Of a DNA stretch of 64,000 nucleotides, positions 27,396 to 38,730 are shown piece by piece (the stretch's first letter is position 1; every line of letters starts with the position of its first letter). The notes under the pieces are model-generated. The model saw nothing but the letters and a program-made list of their open reading frames with translations. It had not been told where the DNA came from and ran no database searches. Source of the DNA: Octopus sinensis. Its lineage: Eukaryota. A program made the position numbers and the translations under genes. Location: assembly GCF_006345805.1 (NCBI RefSeq), contig NC_043005.1, positions 65,906,001 to 65,970,000 on the forward strand. Direction: 5' to 3'.

Positions 27396-27550
27396 CAACA
27401 ACATCAAAAAATACCTTAGGTATGAGAATCTAGATTTGAAATTTCTCCAAGACACCAGATCAAGGCTGGAGGGTCTATCAGCCAAAACATTGTGTTAACA
27501 ACAAAGAAAATTAGGACAAATATCCTTCGAATGTAAATAATGTAAATAAG
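27281..27550 (+). mobile_element. Third, head-truncated copy, head-to-head with the second
   Basis: Starts at gcagtgacctg, long (AAT)n, decayed hammerhead at 27451-27496. Confidence 0.8.
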
Positions 27551-27721
27551 TTTTACATACCAGTTGTAAATCACTTTGTCTACCTAATGAAATCACTTTG
27601 TCTACTTAATGAAATTCCTTGCACACATGCATACACACACACTGACAAAAATACACCCTCTCAGCATGAGCAATATACTTTTATAGTTAAAGAGCTCTTA
27701 ATGCTGTATGCCATATGCCTG

Positions 27722-27980
27722 TGGGCATATGGCATAGTGGTTAAAAGTATTGGCTACTAACCCCAAGATTCCAAGTTCGATTCCAAGCAGTGATCTGAAT
27801 AATAGTAGTAATAATAATAATAATATAATAATAATAATAATAGTAACATTGAAAAATACCTTAGGAATGAGAATCCAAGTTCGAAGTTTCTCCAAGACAC
27901 CTGATGAAGGCTGGAGGGTGTATCAGCCAAAACGTTGTGTTAACAACAAACAAGATGAGGACAAATATTTGTCAAATGCT
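27722..27980 (+). mobile_element. SINE-like element: tRNA head + (AAT)n + hammerhead-bearing tail (complete copy)
   Basis: A box TGGCATAGTGG (27730-27740), B box GTTCGATTCC (27775-27784), AAT run, then gacac-CTGATGA-a-ggctg..cagcc-aAAAC-GTT-gtgtt. Confidence 0.82.
27896..27941 (+). ncRNA. Minimal type I hammerhead ribozyme motif, G12>A substituted
   Basis: Stem I gacac/gtgtt, CUGAUGA core, stem II ggctg/cagcc, AAAA instead of GAAA, palindromic stem III ACGU, GUU cleavage triplet. Confidence 0.75.
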
Positions 27981-28168
27981 GTAAGAAGAGTGCAATGTAT
28001 ATACACTAACAGAGGAGGTAACCACCCCATGACTTTCATAGAAGCTATCATATATATATATATAATATTAATTAGAGACTATTATATAATATTTTACTAT
28101 AAAATTGGATTCAATCCTAAATCTGACTTTTCCCTGTAAATTTGGATTTATTCCCTAATATTTATTAT

Positions 28169-28216
<48 letters not shown>

Positions 28217-28524
28217 TATATATATCATCATCATCATCGTTTAACATCCGCTTTCCATGCTAGCATGGGTTGGACAGTTCAACTGGGGTCTGTGAAGCCA
28301 GAAGGCTGCACCAACCCCAGTCTGATATATATATATATATATATATGATAGCTTTGTGTCTTTGTTCCCCTACACTGCTTGACAAATGATGTTAGTGTGT
28401 TTTTGTAACTTAGCAATTCGGCAAAAAAGATTGATAGAATAAGTAGCAGGCTTAGAAAAAGAAAGAGAATACTGGGGTTGATTCATTTAGTTAAGTTAAT
28501 TTTTGGGCTCAAAAAGCAAAAAGC

Positions 28525-29290
28525 AAGGCCATGTAGGGGGGACATAGAATTATGTACAGAGAGGGTGTTCATGCAAAGAGTTCAGGCCATTTCTGGTCAA
28601 GAGAGACTTTGAACCGAGCGGTCGTTGGCATCTTCACTATCTCATCCGGCAGCTTATTCCACGGATCTGCAACCCGGACGGAGAAAGCCCCTCTCCTTCA
28701 ATTGAGATGAAATCGTCGCAGATAGAGCTTTTCGGAGTGACCCTGCGGCCGACGCTCTGGAGCAGGAGTGAAGAACAGCTCTTTCGAGAGGTTACACTTT
28801 CCGCTTATGATGTGAGCAAGAATGAGATCACCACGGCGTCGTCGTTTTTCTAGAGAATAAAGGTCGAGCGTCTTCAGCCTTTCTTCATAAGACAAATGCT
28901 TGAGACCAAGAACCATGCGGGTAGCCAGCTTCTGGACTTTTTCAAGATGATGTATGTCTTTGAGGAGATAAGGAGAAGAGGCTTGAATCCCATACTCCAA
29001 TATGGGTCTCACCAGTGTGACATAGAGCGGTAGGAATATGGCTGCTGTGAGCATTCCGAATGACCGTCGAATCAAAAACAGAACTCCGCGTGCTTTGTTG
29101 GCAGCATGGACGCACTGGGCTGAAGGCGAAAAGGAAGAATCCATCAAGATACCCAGGTCCTTTACCTGGTCAGTCCTCTCCAGCAGCAGACGACCCGGCT
29201 CGAAATCAAGTTGAGTTGCAGGAGAAGAGCCAACAGGAAGATGACAGCACTTTGACACGTTCAGACACAGGTCCCATTCGTTAGACCATC
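28525..29290 (-). mobile_element. CR1/Jockey-group LINE 3' fragment, comparatively young (CpG retained)
   Basis: ORF 28698-29258: VKDLGILMDSSFSPSAQC...LVRPILEYG...LEKVQKLATRMV.GL..LSYEERL..L.LYSLEKRRRRGDLI. Confidence 0.92.
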
Positions 29291-29767
29291 TCCAAACTTG
29301 GTGGAGGCATCGACGAATTTGACTCTCAGATGTTCAAGGCAGTGCTCCACAGTTATATATTTATATGTATATTTGAATATTTCACTGAGGTACAGCAATA
29401 CTCATACCCTGGTGTTAGAACTCACTAAACATAAGCCTCAGTATAAAGCATTAGTCAAATATAGATCGTGTATAATATGTGATTAAATAACTGATAAGGA
29501 AACAGGTCATCACCTCAATGGTGTGTCTGCTATAGGATGCAGTGCACTTAGAGATGAATGCGTGTGCATCACCTTCTAGCTTCCTTGAAGCTTCTAAAAG
29601 GTAAAGCAAATTTATTTGGGAAAGCAATTACATATATGGGAAAAATCACCAGTTGAAGTATAAAAATAATAAGAAATGGAATATAAAGTTTGATGAATAA
29701 AAGCCACTCCCAGAAATATGTAGATTTAGATAACTTTGTGTATGAATAGGTATAACTACCTGTAACC

Positions 29768-30035
29768 CGGTTTTTTGTCCGATTCACTTTGTCCAACGTC
29801 ATTTCGTCCATGTCGTTTGGTGCAATGTCTTTTTGTTTGATGATTTTTTTGTCCAACAACTTTCTATCCGATTTTAAATAAACTCTTTAGAAAACAAGGT
29901 GAACATCAAAATCAAATATTCATTAAGAATTTTATTGATAGGATTTGTTGTTGGACAAAAAAAATCATTGGACAAAAAGACGTCAGATGAAAAGACGTTT
30001 GACAAAGTGACGTCGGATGAAAAGACGTAGCACCA
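29768..30035. mobile_element. Foldback-like MITE whose arms are built from about 15-bp subrepeats
   Basis: Right arm ggacaaaaagacgtc/agatgaaaagacgtt/tgacaaagtgacgtc/ggatgaaaagacgt; left arm carries the complementary units. Confidence 0.65.
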
Positions 30036-30317
30036 TAACTCCTATTCACAATGCTTATATAAAAGGTGAACAGAATACATGTGTTAATACATGCTGTACA
30101 TCTGACTGACTGTGAGAACCCAAACAGCAAAAAGCCATTTTAGATAGATTGAAAGAGAGAGAAACTAAAATCTAGAGAGAAGGGGAGGAGAGAGAAACAA
30201 ACAAACAAAGCAGAAAATGTGAGGTAAGGAAAGATCTACTGTGGTTGTAAAACTGTCCACGAGATTAATAGTTTTAAGGATTCTTGCCAGATTGACAGTT
30301 GACAGGCTAATACTATA

Positions 30318-31405
30318 TTGTGTTGTGAAGAAAGTAATATCCTTTTTTGCAAATAGAGTTATAACTGTTTTGAATGACTTTTGTCAGTGTTATGATTTTT
30401 TTCCTTTTGACATTTGATAGCTGTTACCTTTAGCTTACTTTAGAAGCAAATTGCATGTAATTTTGTTTACATTGTTAGTTCAGTGTCACTTTTAAAATAG
30501 GAGTGCAAAAGTGAACATTTTCGCCATATTTTGCTTTTTTATTTCTGTAAAGGCAAAAAAGCTGCTGAGGCTCACAGAGATATGTGAAGTTTCTGGTGCT
30601 GATTGCTTAACAGAACACACATGTCAGAAATGGTTTAAAAAATACCTTTCTGGAGATTTTTCATTCAAAGATGGCCAATGTTCTGGTTGACCTACTGAAG
30701 TAGATGATGACCGAATCAAAGCCATAATGGAATCTGATTGTCATATAACTGTGCAAGAGATTGCAGAGAGGTTAAATCTATCATACACAACAACTGAGGG
30801 TTCCACATAAATTGAAAGAGATACATTTAACACAACATTTGTGATTTACATCTCAAACACAATGAAATCAATTTTTCTGAAAGGAATTATCACTGGTGAT
30901 GAAAAATGGATTATCTAAATAACATCAATCAAAAACAATCATGGTCCAAGTGTAATGAAGTAGCACAAACCATGTCGAAAGCTAAATTGCATCAAAAAAA
31001 GAATTGGCAAATTGTAAAGGAATCATGTTCAACCATGACAACGCTAGACCACACACGTCTTTGCTAACTTGTGAAAAATTAATGGAGCTTGGCTGGGAAG
31101 TTATGTCACATCCACCATAAACCTGACATTGCACCATCAAATTACCATTTATTTTGGAATTTCCAAAATTCTCTGAATGGTAAACCTTTTAATAATGATG
31201 ATGACCTGAAATTGCACTTGCTTCAGTTTTTGGATGATGAGGACCAGAAGTTCTGTATGCATGGTATCGTGAAGTTGCTAGAAAGATGGCAAAAAGTCAT
31301 CGAAGGAAATGGAAAATATATAATTGTCTAAAGTTCATTCTTTGTATGAAAAAGATGACTTTTATTCTACACTAAAAACTGAAATTAGTTTCTTGCCACC
31401 CCATT
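30318..31405 (+). mobile_element. Mariner element, near full length, transposase pseudogenised
   Basis: EHFRHILLF...AAEAHR, WF..., IITGDEKW, FNHDNARPHT, HPP..PDIAPSNYHLF; decayed TIRs at both ends. Confidence 0.92.
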
Positions 31406-31444
31406 ATATGTTGATCTTATCTTAATGGTAAAGTAACCTATATA

Positions 31445-32334
31445 CGAGGTCTGATCAATAAGTATCTGAACTGTTACCATAGTAATGAAACTAAGGCATG
31501 CAGAGTGAAGCTGCTTGGCACAGATTGACTTGAACTCTGCTGTGCATGTGCACAAAGTTTCAAAGTTCTAGCTCACTTCCACTGTTTACAGCAGTGCTTG
31601 GAAGGAAGGTGTGTAGCATGTGATTGTCACATTGACCATGACAGAGAGAGATGTCATGGTGATACCTTTTCAGAGGCCCATGCAAAGCTGCAGAAAGTGT
31701 ATGGAGAGGAGTGTATTAGCCACACAAAAGTGTACAAGTGGTTTTGACATTTCCAAGATGGCCAAAAATGCTGATATTGATGAACGTTCTGGGAGAACTG
31801 CAACCAGCAGAACTGAGAAAAACATTGCAGATGTGTGTGCAGCTGTGAGGGGAAATCATCAAATCACCATCTGTGAGTTATCAGATGTTCAGATTAGTTA
31901 TGGTTCAGTTCAGTCCATTATCACAGAAGATTTGGGTATGATACTCATGTCTGCCAAGTTTGTGCCAAGACTGCTTTCAGCTGAGCAAAAAGACACTTGG
32001 GTTTCAGTTGCACAAAGATCTCCTTCATTGTGGCGAGAATGATAAAAACTTTTTGAAAATATTGTATATGCCTCTGGGCAGGTATCGCCAAGCTTTTTGC
32101 AAGATTTGATGCTGATTCTCTGCTCAACTTTCTCTGTCATGGTCAATGTGATGATCACATGCTACACACCTTCCTTCCAAGTACTGCTGTAAACAGCAGA
32201 AGTGAGCTAGAACGTTAAAACTTAGTGTGCATGCACAGCAGAGTTCAAGGTCAATCTGTACCAAGTGGTTTCACTCTGCATGCTTTAGCTTCATTACTAT
32301 GGCAACAGTCTTGATACTTATTGGTCAGACCACA
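31445..32334. mobile_element. Mariner derivative bounded by two inverted copies of its left end
   Basis: Arms of about 200-270 bp are reverse complements, both reaching the ATGACAGAG start; the interior encodes DERSGR..TSRTEKNIA...ISYGSVQSIITEDLGM...SAKFVPRLL. Confidence 0.85.
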
Positions 32335-32490
32335 CATAAACACACACGCACACACAGACACATACACATATATATACAGAGAGAGAAATAACTACACGTG
32401 TATATGCACAGAGCATGTGATCACTATAAACAAATCATTTGTGTGTTTGTTCAGAGCATCGGGTGGGGTGGGGGCAGGTGAGTACATGAT

Positions 32491-32523
<33 letters not shown>

Positions 32524-33293
32524 ATGGCTGTTGACTCATTAATCAAGTATGACTCTTCTCAACTCCTGCACTATCAGATTACATACACACCGGCATCAAA
32601 TCAGTTAAAAATCAACAACACATGAACTCACTAGTAATATCATCATCATCATCATCATCATTTAACATCTGCTTTCCATTCTGGCATGGGTTCGATGGTT
32701 TGACAGGAACTGATTAGGCAGAAGACTGCACCATGCTTTGCTGTGTGTTTTGGCATGGCTCTTATGATTGGATGCCCTTTCTAACACCAACTACCCAGCA
32801 GAGTCGACTGAGTGCTTTTTATGTTGCACCAGCACAAGCAAGGTCAGGTTTAGCATGGCTTTTTTACACCTGGATGCCCTTCCAAACACCAACCATTTTA
32901 CAGTGTGGACTAGATGCTTTTTACATGGCACCAGCACTGGCAGGGTCACCAAGTAACTTGCAAGACAAAGATCCTTTGAGAGGTGATGTGACATTGGGGG
33001 AGGTGATCTCATGCCAGATGATGACAGGTTAGAGTGTGGCTGAGAGGCAAAAACAGATGTCTTGCTCTAGGGGAGATACATGGTTACTCAGTCAGAGGGA
33101 AAGAGAGAAGAATGGGTGCTGAATATTTACAGTTTAAAATTACTGAAAGATGGTTGGAGATAGTCTATGTGTTTTGTGACCAGAAATGACTCTTTAATCC
33201 GGCAAGAGATCTACAAATTTTTCCACACAGATGACATGAAAATGTTTCATATTGATTTGGAGACTGTTGAAAAAATATATGTATTCATATGTA

Positions 33294-33514
33294 CAGTAAT
33301 CCCTCAACTATGGCAGGTGTTATGTCCGAAAGCCCCCCACAATAGGTGAAAATCCATGAACTAGAAACAATACTGTTCTGTATATTTTTTTCATTATTTT
33401 TATAATTTGTATGTTTTTTTTAATTATAAATGCAAAACAACACCACGAAAGAACCGATGTAGGCTTAAATAATAAATCGCGATAGGTGAACCGCGATATG
33501 GTGTGGTATTATTG
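33294..33514. mobile_element. Tigger/pogo-like MITE
   Basis: TA|cagtaatccctcaactat ... decayed inverted end|TA; ends 72 bp upstream of a SYAP1 acceptor. Confidence 0.6.
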
Positions 33515-33586
33515 TATAGATGCATACACAAACACACACACATACACCAGTATACATCAAAATACATATATCTATATCTATTTCAG

Positions 33587-33733
33587 ACTATACTTGGTGA
33601 ATTCACTCGGGAGCAGGAAAAGTTTGTCAATGAAAACAAAGAAAAAGGAAAGCATGCTGAAGCAGCTGTCCCACCATGGGTTGGTTACAATGAAGAAGAA
33701 ACTATGAAGAAACAAATCCTGGCTTTGTCTTCT
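33587..33733 (+). CDS. SYAP1: SYAP1 exon
   Basis: tttcag acceptor, TCT|gtaagt donor, 147 bp phase 0-0. [49 protein letters not shown] includes the conserved EAAVPPW and QILALS motifs. Confidence 0.95.
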
Positions 33734-34479
33734 GTAAGTTCATTCATATCTTGTTTTTTTTTAAATTTTGGCTCACTTGTGTATATTATTTTGGCACATT
33801 CTTAATGAACCTTTCTCTGACAGCCTTGGTCAAAGAAAGAACTAAATTTTATTTAATTCAAATATCTGACATGATGAAGTTATTCTATGGCTGTGTGAAA
33901 ATGAGGAAGTGGACCAATTCTTAGAATTTCTAGTTTATGTTTTTCATCTTTATCTTTCGCTTCTTTTGGTCTTTGGATTGTGGCCATTCTGTGGCACTGC
34001 ATTGAAGGGTTTGATCAAATAAATTGACCCCAGTAGTTTTTATTTTTAAAGTCTGCCATCTGTTTAATTTGGCAGTTTTGCTGAACCGCTGAGTTACAGA
34101 TTTTCCCCTGGCATGTGATGGAAACTGCTTTCTGCACATTTTCAGTGTTTATTGCCCCTGCCACAAAAACTGCCTTCCCAGTTAGCCTTCATTTGATATT
34201 GCTGCACCTCTTATGTGTCCATAGCTTACACCGGGTACATCTTATGGTGTTTCTACCCACTCCTTTTTTACTTCTTGCCTAATGTGAGCCCAGAATAATC
34301 TCTTCTCTCTTACACTATTTGAATATTACATGTCAAAAGTGAAACAATAATGTCTCTATTGTAATGTGAGATAATACTTTCAGTTTTAATAGTTTCAATA
34401 TTAATATTTTCACTATGTATACATAGTGAAACTATTAATACTGAAACTATTGTCTCACATATATACATGCATACATATA

Positions 34480-34690
34480 TTGGGTTGGCAACTAAGTTCC
34501 TGCCGTTTTTTTTAATTTAAATTTTTTAAAAGGTTTAATCAGAAACAACAGCTAATTAATCAATAATGTATTGACCCTTGTTGTTTACAACTTTTTCCCA
34601 ATGTTCAAAAGATTTTCAGTACCTTGTTGGTAGAAATCACCCGATTTTGACTCAAAAAATTGATCCAACCAATCTCTCAATTCTTGTTGA
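34480..34690 (-). mobile_element. Mariner 3' fragment; other short mariner pieces at about 20150-20322 (+), 40400-40570 (-) and 62820-63115 (+)
   Basis: tattgggttggcaac TIR and a W.KVV.N.GQY-type C-terminus. Confidence 0.7.
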
Positions 34691-34984
34691 AGGATTTTCA
34701 TTAACTAAAAATTTAAATGTAAAACATCGAACTTAGCGTTTATAAGAAATATATTGCATAAAAATATGGCGTAAATAGAATGTATAGAAGAAATAGATAG
34801 AAATATGTATTTAAGCTATTAAAATTACAAATGTATTTTAGCTGTAAGAATAAGGAAAAAAATTGACTTTGATATACTATTAACTGGAAAAATTGTAAAG
34901 TCTAATTAATTTAAATACTAAATACATAAAATACATAATATAATAAACATAAATTAAGCTAAAATTCTATAATTTAAAATCTAT

Positions 34985-35520
34985 AGTAATGAGTAAGACC
35001 AAGTACCCCAAAAAATTAGCAGTGTGGTAGTGAACCTGTGTCTTCATTATTTCTGTACTTGTGCGTAAAATAGTGAAAACTTATGCTTTGGGGCAGAATT
35101 CATCAAATTGATATCACGACGGCTAGTGTGCAAAATGCCTAAATTGTCTCAAAGAAATGAAATGTACTTACCTATTTAAAACTTGAAACGCTGGGGAATT
35201 AAAACAAGAAATGAAATGCTAAGTTTCAGCACATCAAAACTATTCGTATTGAAATGAAGAATTAGCAAATGCTTGATAGATTACCGTTATTAAGCTGGCT
35301 GTTTATACACATGAAACATTTTTGTCAAATTTCAGCATTTTTTGTTAAATTGATGTCACGATGCCTAATGTGAAAAATGCTGAAATATTACAATTTTTGA
35401 AAAAAATTCCAAGAGCTTAAGTGACCGCATGGGTATAAGCCCTCACATGTGTCAAGTTTCATCAAGGTCTAAAATTCACAAACACACAAACTTGCCATTT
35501 ATTATTATAGTAATCTATAG
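34985..35520. mobile_element. Possible Helentron-associated (DINE/HINE-like) element
   Basis: ctatagtaat at the left end; aagtttcatcaag...acacacaaac...ttattattatag at the right end. Confidence 0.4.
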
Positions 35521-35545
35521 TAATCTATAGTATGTGTGTGTGTGT

Positions 35546-35577
<32 letters not shown>

Positions 35578-35581
<4 letters not shown>

Positions 35582-36390
35582 TGGGTCATTCCATAAATAA
35601 TACAGTTTTTTTCAATTGCATGAACTATATGTTGGAGGGGGATGCGATAAACTGCCTGCATCAACTTGGTATAAAAGCAGGTTGCAATTTTACCATGTCC
35701 TTATTTTTAATGCAAGTTTTGAAGAGTGCAGTTTGATTTTAACAATTATTTTTTTCAAAGCTATAATCGAAGTGAGAAAGTAGCATATTCAGCTTATTTT
35801 GCTTTATGAGTCCAATAAAGGCAACAAAAATGGAAAGTGTGAGGAATATTAATGCAGTATATTGGGATTGGAGAATAAGCATAAAACAGGGTCAACGGTG
35901 GTTCTAGAAATTCTGGGTTGGAAACTACTGTCAAGAAGACAAGCCTCATCCTGGAAGATCTGTAGAGCTCGATAAGGATGAGTATGCAAACCCTGGTGGA
36001 ACAAAATCCCATCATAACTGTTGAGAAACTAGCAGAGAAGCTTTGATTTGGTCATTCAGCCAGTCATTCAAGTCAGTGCTAGAGGGAAAATGACCATCCT
36101 TGGTTTCAAGATGAAAGGTGTTCTTGCATCAGGATAATGCTTGGCCACATACAGCGAGGATGACATTCCAAAGACTGAAGCAGTTTGAATGGGAAACAAT
36201 ACCCCACCCACCACATTCGCTTGACATTGCCCCACCTGATTGTCATTTATCCCACAGTCTTCAAAATCATTTTAACGGAAAAAATATGAATTCTATAGAC
36301 GAGGTCAAAACAGTACTAGAGAAATGTTTTTCATCACTTAATTTTTTGAAAAATAAAAGAAGTAAAAAAACCCACATTATTTATGGGATG

Positions 36391-36395
<5 letters not shown>
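35578..36395 (+). mobile_element. Internally deleted mariner
   Basis: tattgggtcattccataaata...tatttatgggatgaccctata TIRs; FLHQDNAWPHTA, PHPPHSLDIAPPDCHL. Confidence 0.88.
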
Positions 36396-36425
<30 letters not shown>

Positions 36426-36707
36426 GTGTGTCTGTGTTTGTCTCCCTAGCATTGCTTGACAACCGATGCTGGTGTGTTTATGTCCCCGTCACTTAGCGGT
36501 TCGGCAAAAGAGACCGATAGAATAAGAACTGGGCTTACAAAGAATAAGTCCCGGGGTTGAGTTGCTCGATTAAAGGGGGTGCTCCAGCATGGCCGCAGTC
36601 AAAATGACTGAAACAAGTAAAAAAAAAAAAAATATATATATATATATATGCTAGCATGGAAAGCGGACGCTAAATGATGATGATGATGATGTATCTGTGT
36701 ATATAAA

Positions 36708-37105
36708 TAATAATTGAAGGACAGTTCTCAGTTCATTAAGGGCATTTCTAACAACTCCTTTAATTGATTAATGAGTACATTATATCATTATAAAGAAACT
36801 GTTTTCCTCAGATGATTACATGAACTTTACAATCAAAAACATTCCAAATGATTTAACATATTTTTAAATCCACGGAGGAAAATATTTTCACTGATTCCAC
36901 TACTACTTCAGTTGCAGAATCAGTGAAAATGTTTTGGTCTGTAGATTTTAAAATATGTTAATTCATTTGAAATGTCCTTAATTGTAAAGTTCATGTATTC
37001 ATATGAGGAAGATGGCTTCTTTATAATCATATAATGTACTCATTAATCAATTAAAGGTGTCATTAGAAACAGCCTGAATGAATTGACAACTGTACCTCAA
37101 TTGTT
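36708..37105. mobile_element. MITE with about 100 bp TIRs; a second, disrupted copy is at about 16097-16830
   Basis: aattgaaggacag...ttaattgattaatgagtacattatatcattataaagaa mirrored by ttctttataatcatataatgtactcattaatcaattaa...ctgtacctcaatt. Confidence 0.78.
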
Positions 37106-37357
37106 ACTTATTTATATTTTATTCACCTATCTCAGAACATGCTCTTTGCAAATTCTGAAGTATATCATGGTTTGTATATCTGATGAAATGTACATGTCTG
37201 AATAGCACAGTCGTGGATTTTATATACTCGGCTGGGTCAGATTGTCTGCATGCACTACAAGAATAATATTTATATATTATGTGTATATTATTCTGATGTA
37301 ACAAGGTGCCTCAACTTAAGTACCTAATTCAACTGAATCTTTTTGTGTATATATATA

Positions 37358-37399
<42 letters not shown>

Positions 37400-37479
37400 T
37401 AATGTGCATGTATGTATGTGTGTGTGTATACATACATACATATATATATGTATACACACACATATATAAGAAATATCTA

Positions 37480-38400
37480 TTTTGGGATATTATGATAAAA
37501 AAATTCAACCACCAAATTATAACTGACATCTATCATAATCCAACATACTCAAAGTAATATCTCCTTTTTAACTTATGCTACCCAAAACACATCAAAATAA
37601 ATATTCCCTTTAATTTAGCAAAGAGGATTTGCACAATAGTGTCTGATAGAACTACTTGGGACCTTTGTCTTCAAGACCTCAGAACAACACTAACTGAATA
37701 TCTACCCTCACTTATAGACGATGGAATTAAGTGTGCCAAGAAATTAGACATAAAAACGCTAAAGAAAACAAAATATAATACCACACCTCATCTCAAAACT
37801 CTAGTGTATATATCAACTCACAACCCTAGAAGCAATGAGGCATACAACACTATTGTGAAAAATCTTCCTTTACTAACTAGAGACCCAAAAATGAACAACA
37901 CCCTGAAAGCACATAAATTCATCAAATGCAAAAAGCCACACTAATTGCTAAAGAGACTTCTAACAAATGTGAAGCTTTACACAACAAACACAAAACCAAT
38001 GGTTAAAAAATATGGACGCCCAAACTGTGGAATATGCCCCAACCTACTAGAAGGCTCAGATTTCCTTTTCAAACAAGGAGAGAAGTTCACAATTAAAACC
38101 TACTTCACTTGTGCCTCTGAGAATCTAATTTATGTAATAACCTGCTTGGGTTGTAAACATCATTATATAGGATAGACAAGTATGACATTGAGACAGAGAA
38201 CCACTTTACATAAAGAGCAGATCTGATTCCTGCAATACAGACAGATTCCTTTAAGTGAACACATAGAGAGATGTGCAGGTAGCATCAAACCAAATTTCAC
38301 AGTTTTCCTCTGGAAAGATGCAATTTCTATACAAGAATGTTTAAATAAAGAAAATTTATTCATCAAAAAATACAGAACACATCTAAATATGCATGCATAG
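37480..38400 (+). mobile_element. Penelope-like element: RT thumb + Cys linker + GIY-YIG endonuclease (Neptune-like)
   Basis: TDIYHNPT.S..YL.FN...P..IKINIPFNLAKRIC...; C..C motif; FTCASENLIYVITC.GCKHHYIG.T; LSEHIE.C; E..FIKKY; few stops. Confidence 0.9.
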
Positions 38401-38502
38401 CCAACTTTGACCTCTATACATATTTTAATTCACGATATACATACCCATCACTGTACATATTTCTCCCCACTACTCTAGTTTTTGAATTTTTGTGTGTGTA
38501 TA

Positions 38503-38537
<35 letters not shown>

Positions 38538-38540
<3 letters not shown>

Positions 38541-38730
38541 AGAATTCATGAAAAAAACAAAAGACGAAGACAGGTGGTGTAGAAAACCAACAGATGTATA
38601 AGTATAACGCTCAGGAATTGAAAAAGTCTTTTACGTTTCGAGCCTACGCTCTTCCACAGAAAGGATCACAGAAAGAAACAAGGAGAGAAAAAAAGTGTGT
38701 GTAGTGGCTACCGATCTATCATGGTGACTT
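38538..38730 (-). mobile_element. pLTR-like short element carrying the variant hammerhead, ending in (TA)n
   Basis: About 190 bp unit flanked by TA runs, inverted relative to the adjacent PLE ORF. Confidence 0.55.
38628..38663 (-). ncRNA. Hammerhead-like motif with variant core CUGUGGA
   Basis: cttt-CTGTGGA-a-gagc(gtag)gctc-GAAAC-GTA-aaag: all helices and GAAA are present, A6 is replaced by U. Confidence 0.6.

Noticed and set aside
27722-27795. Functional tRNA gene (also the other SINE heads)
   Set aside because: A/B boxes are present, but the acceptor stem does not pair and the head runs straight into repeat bodies.
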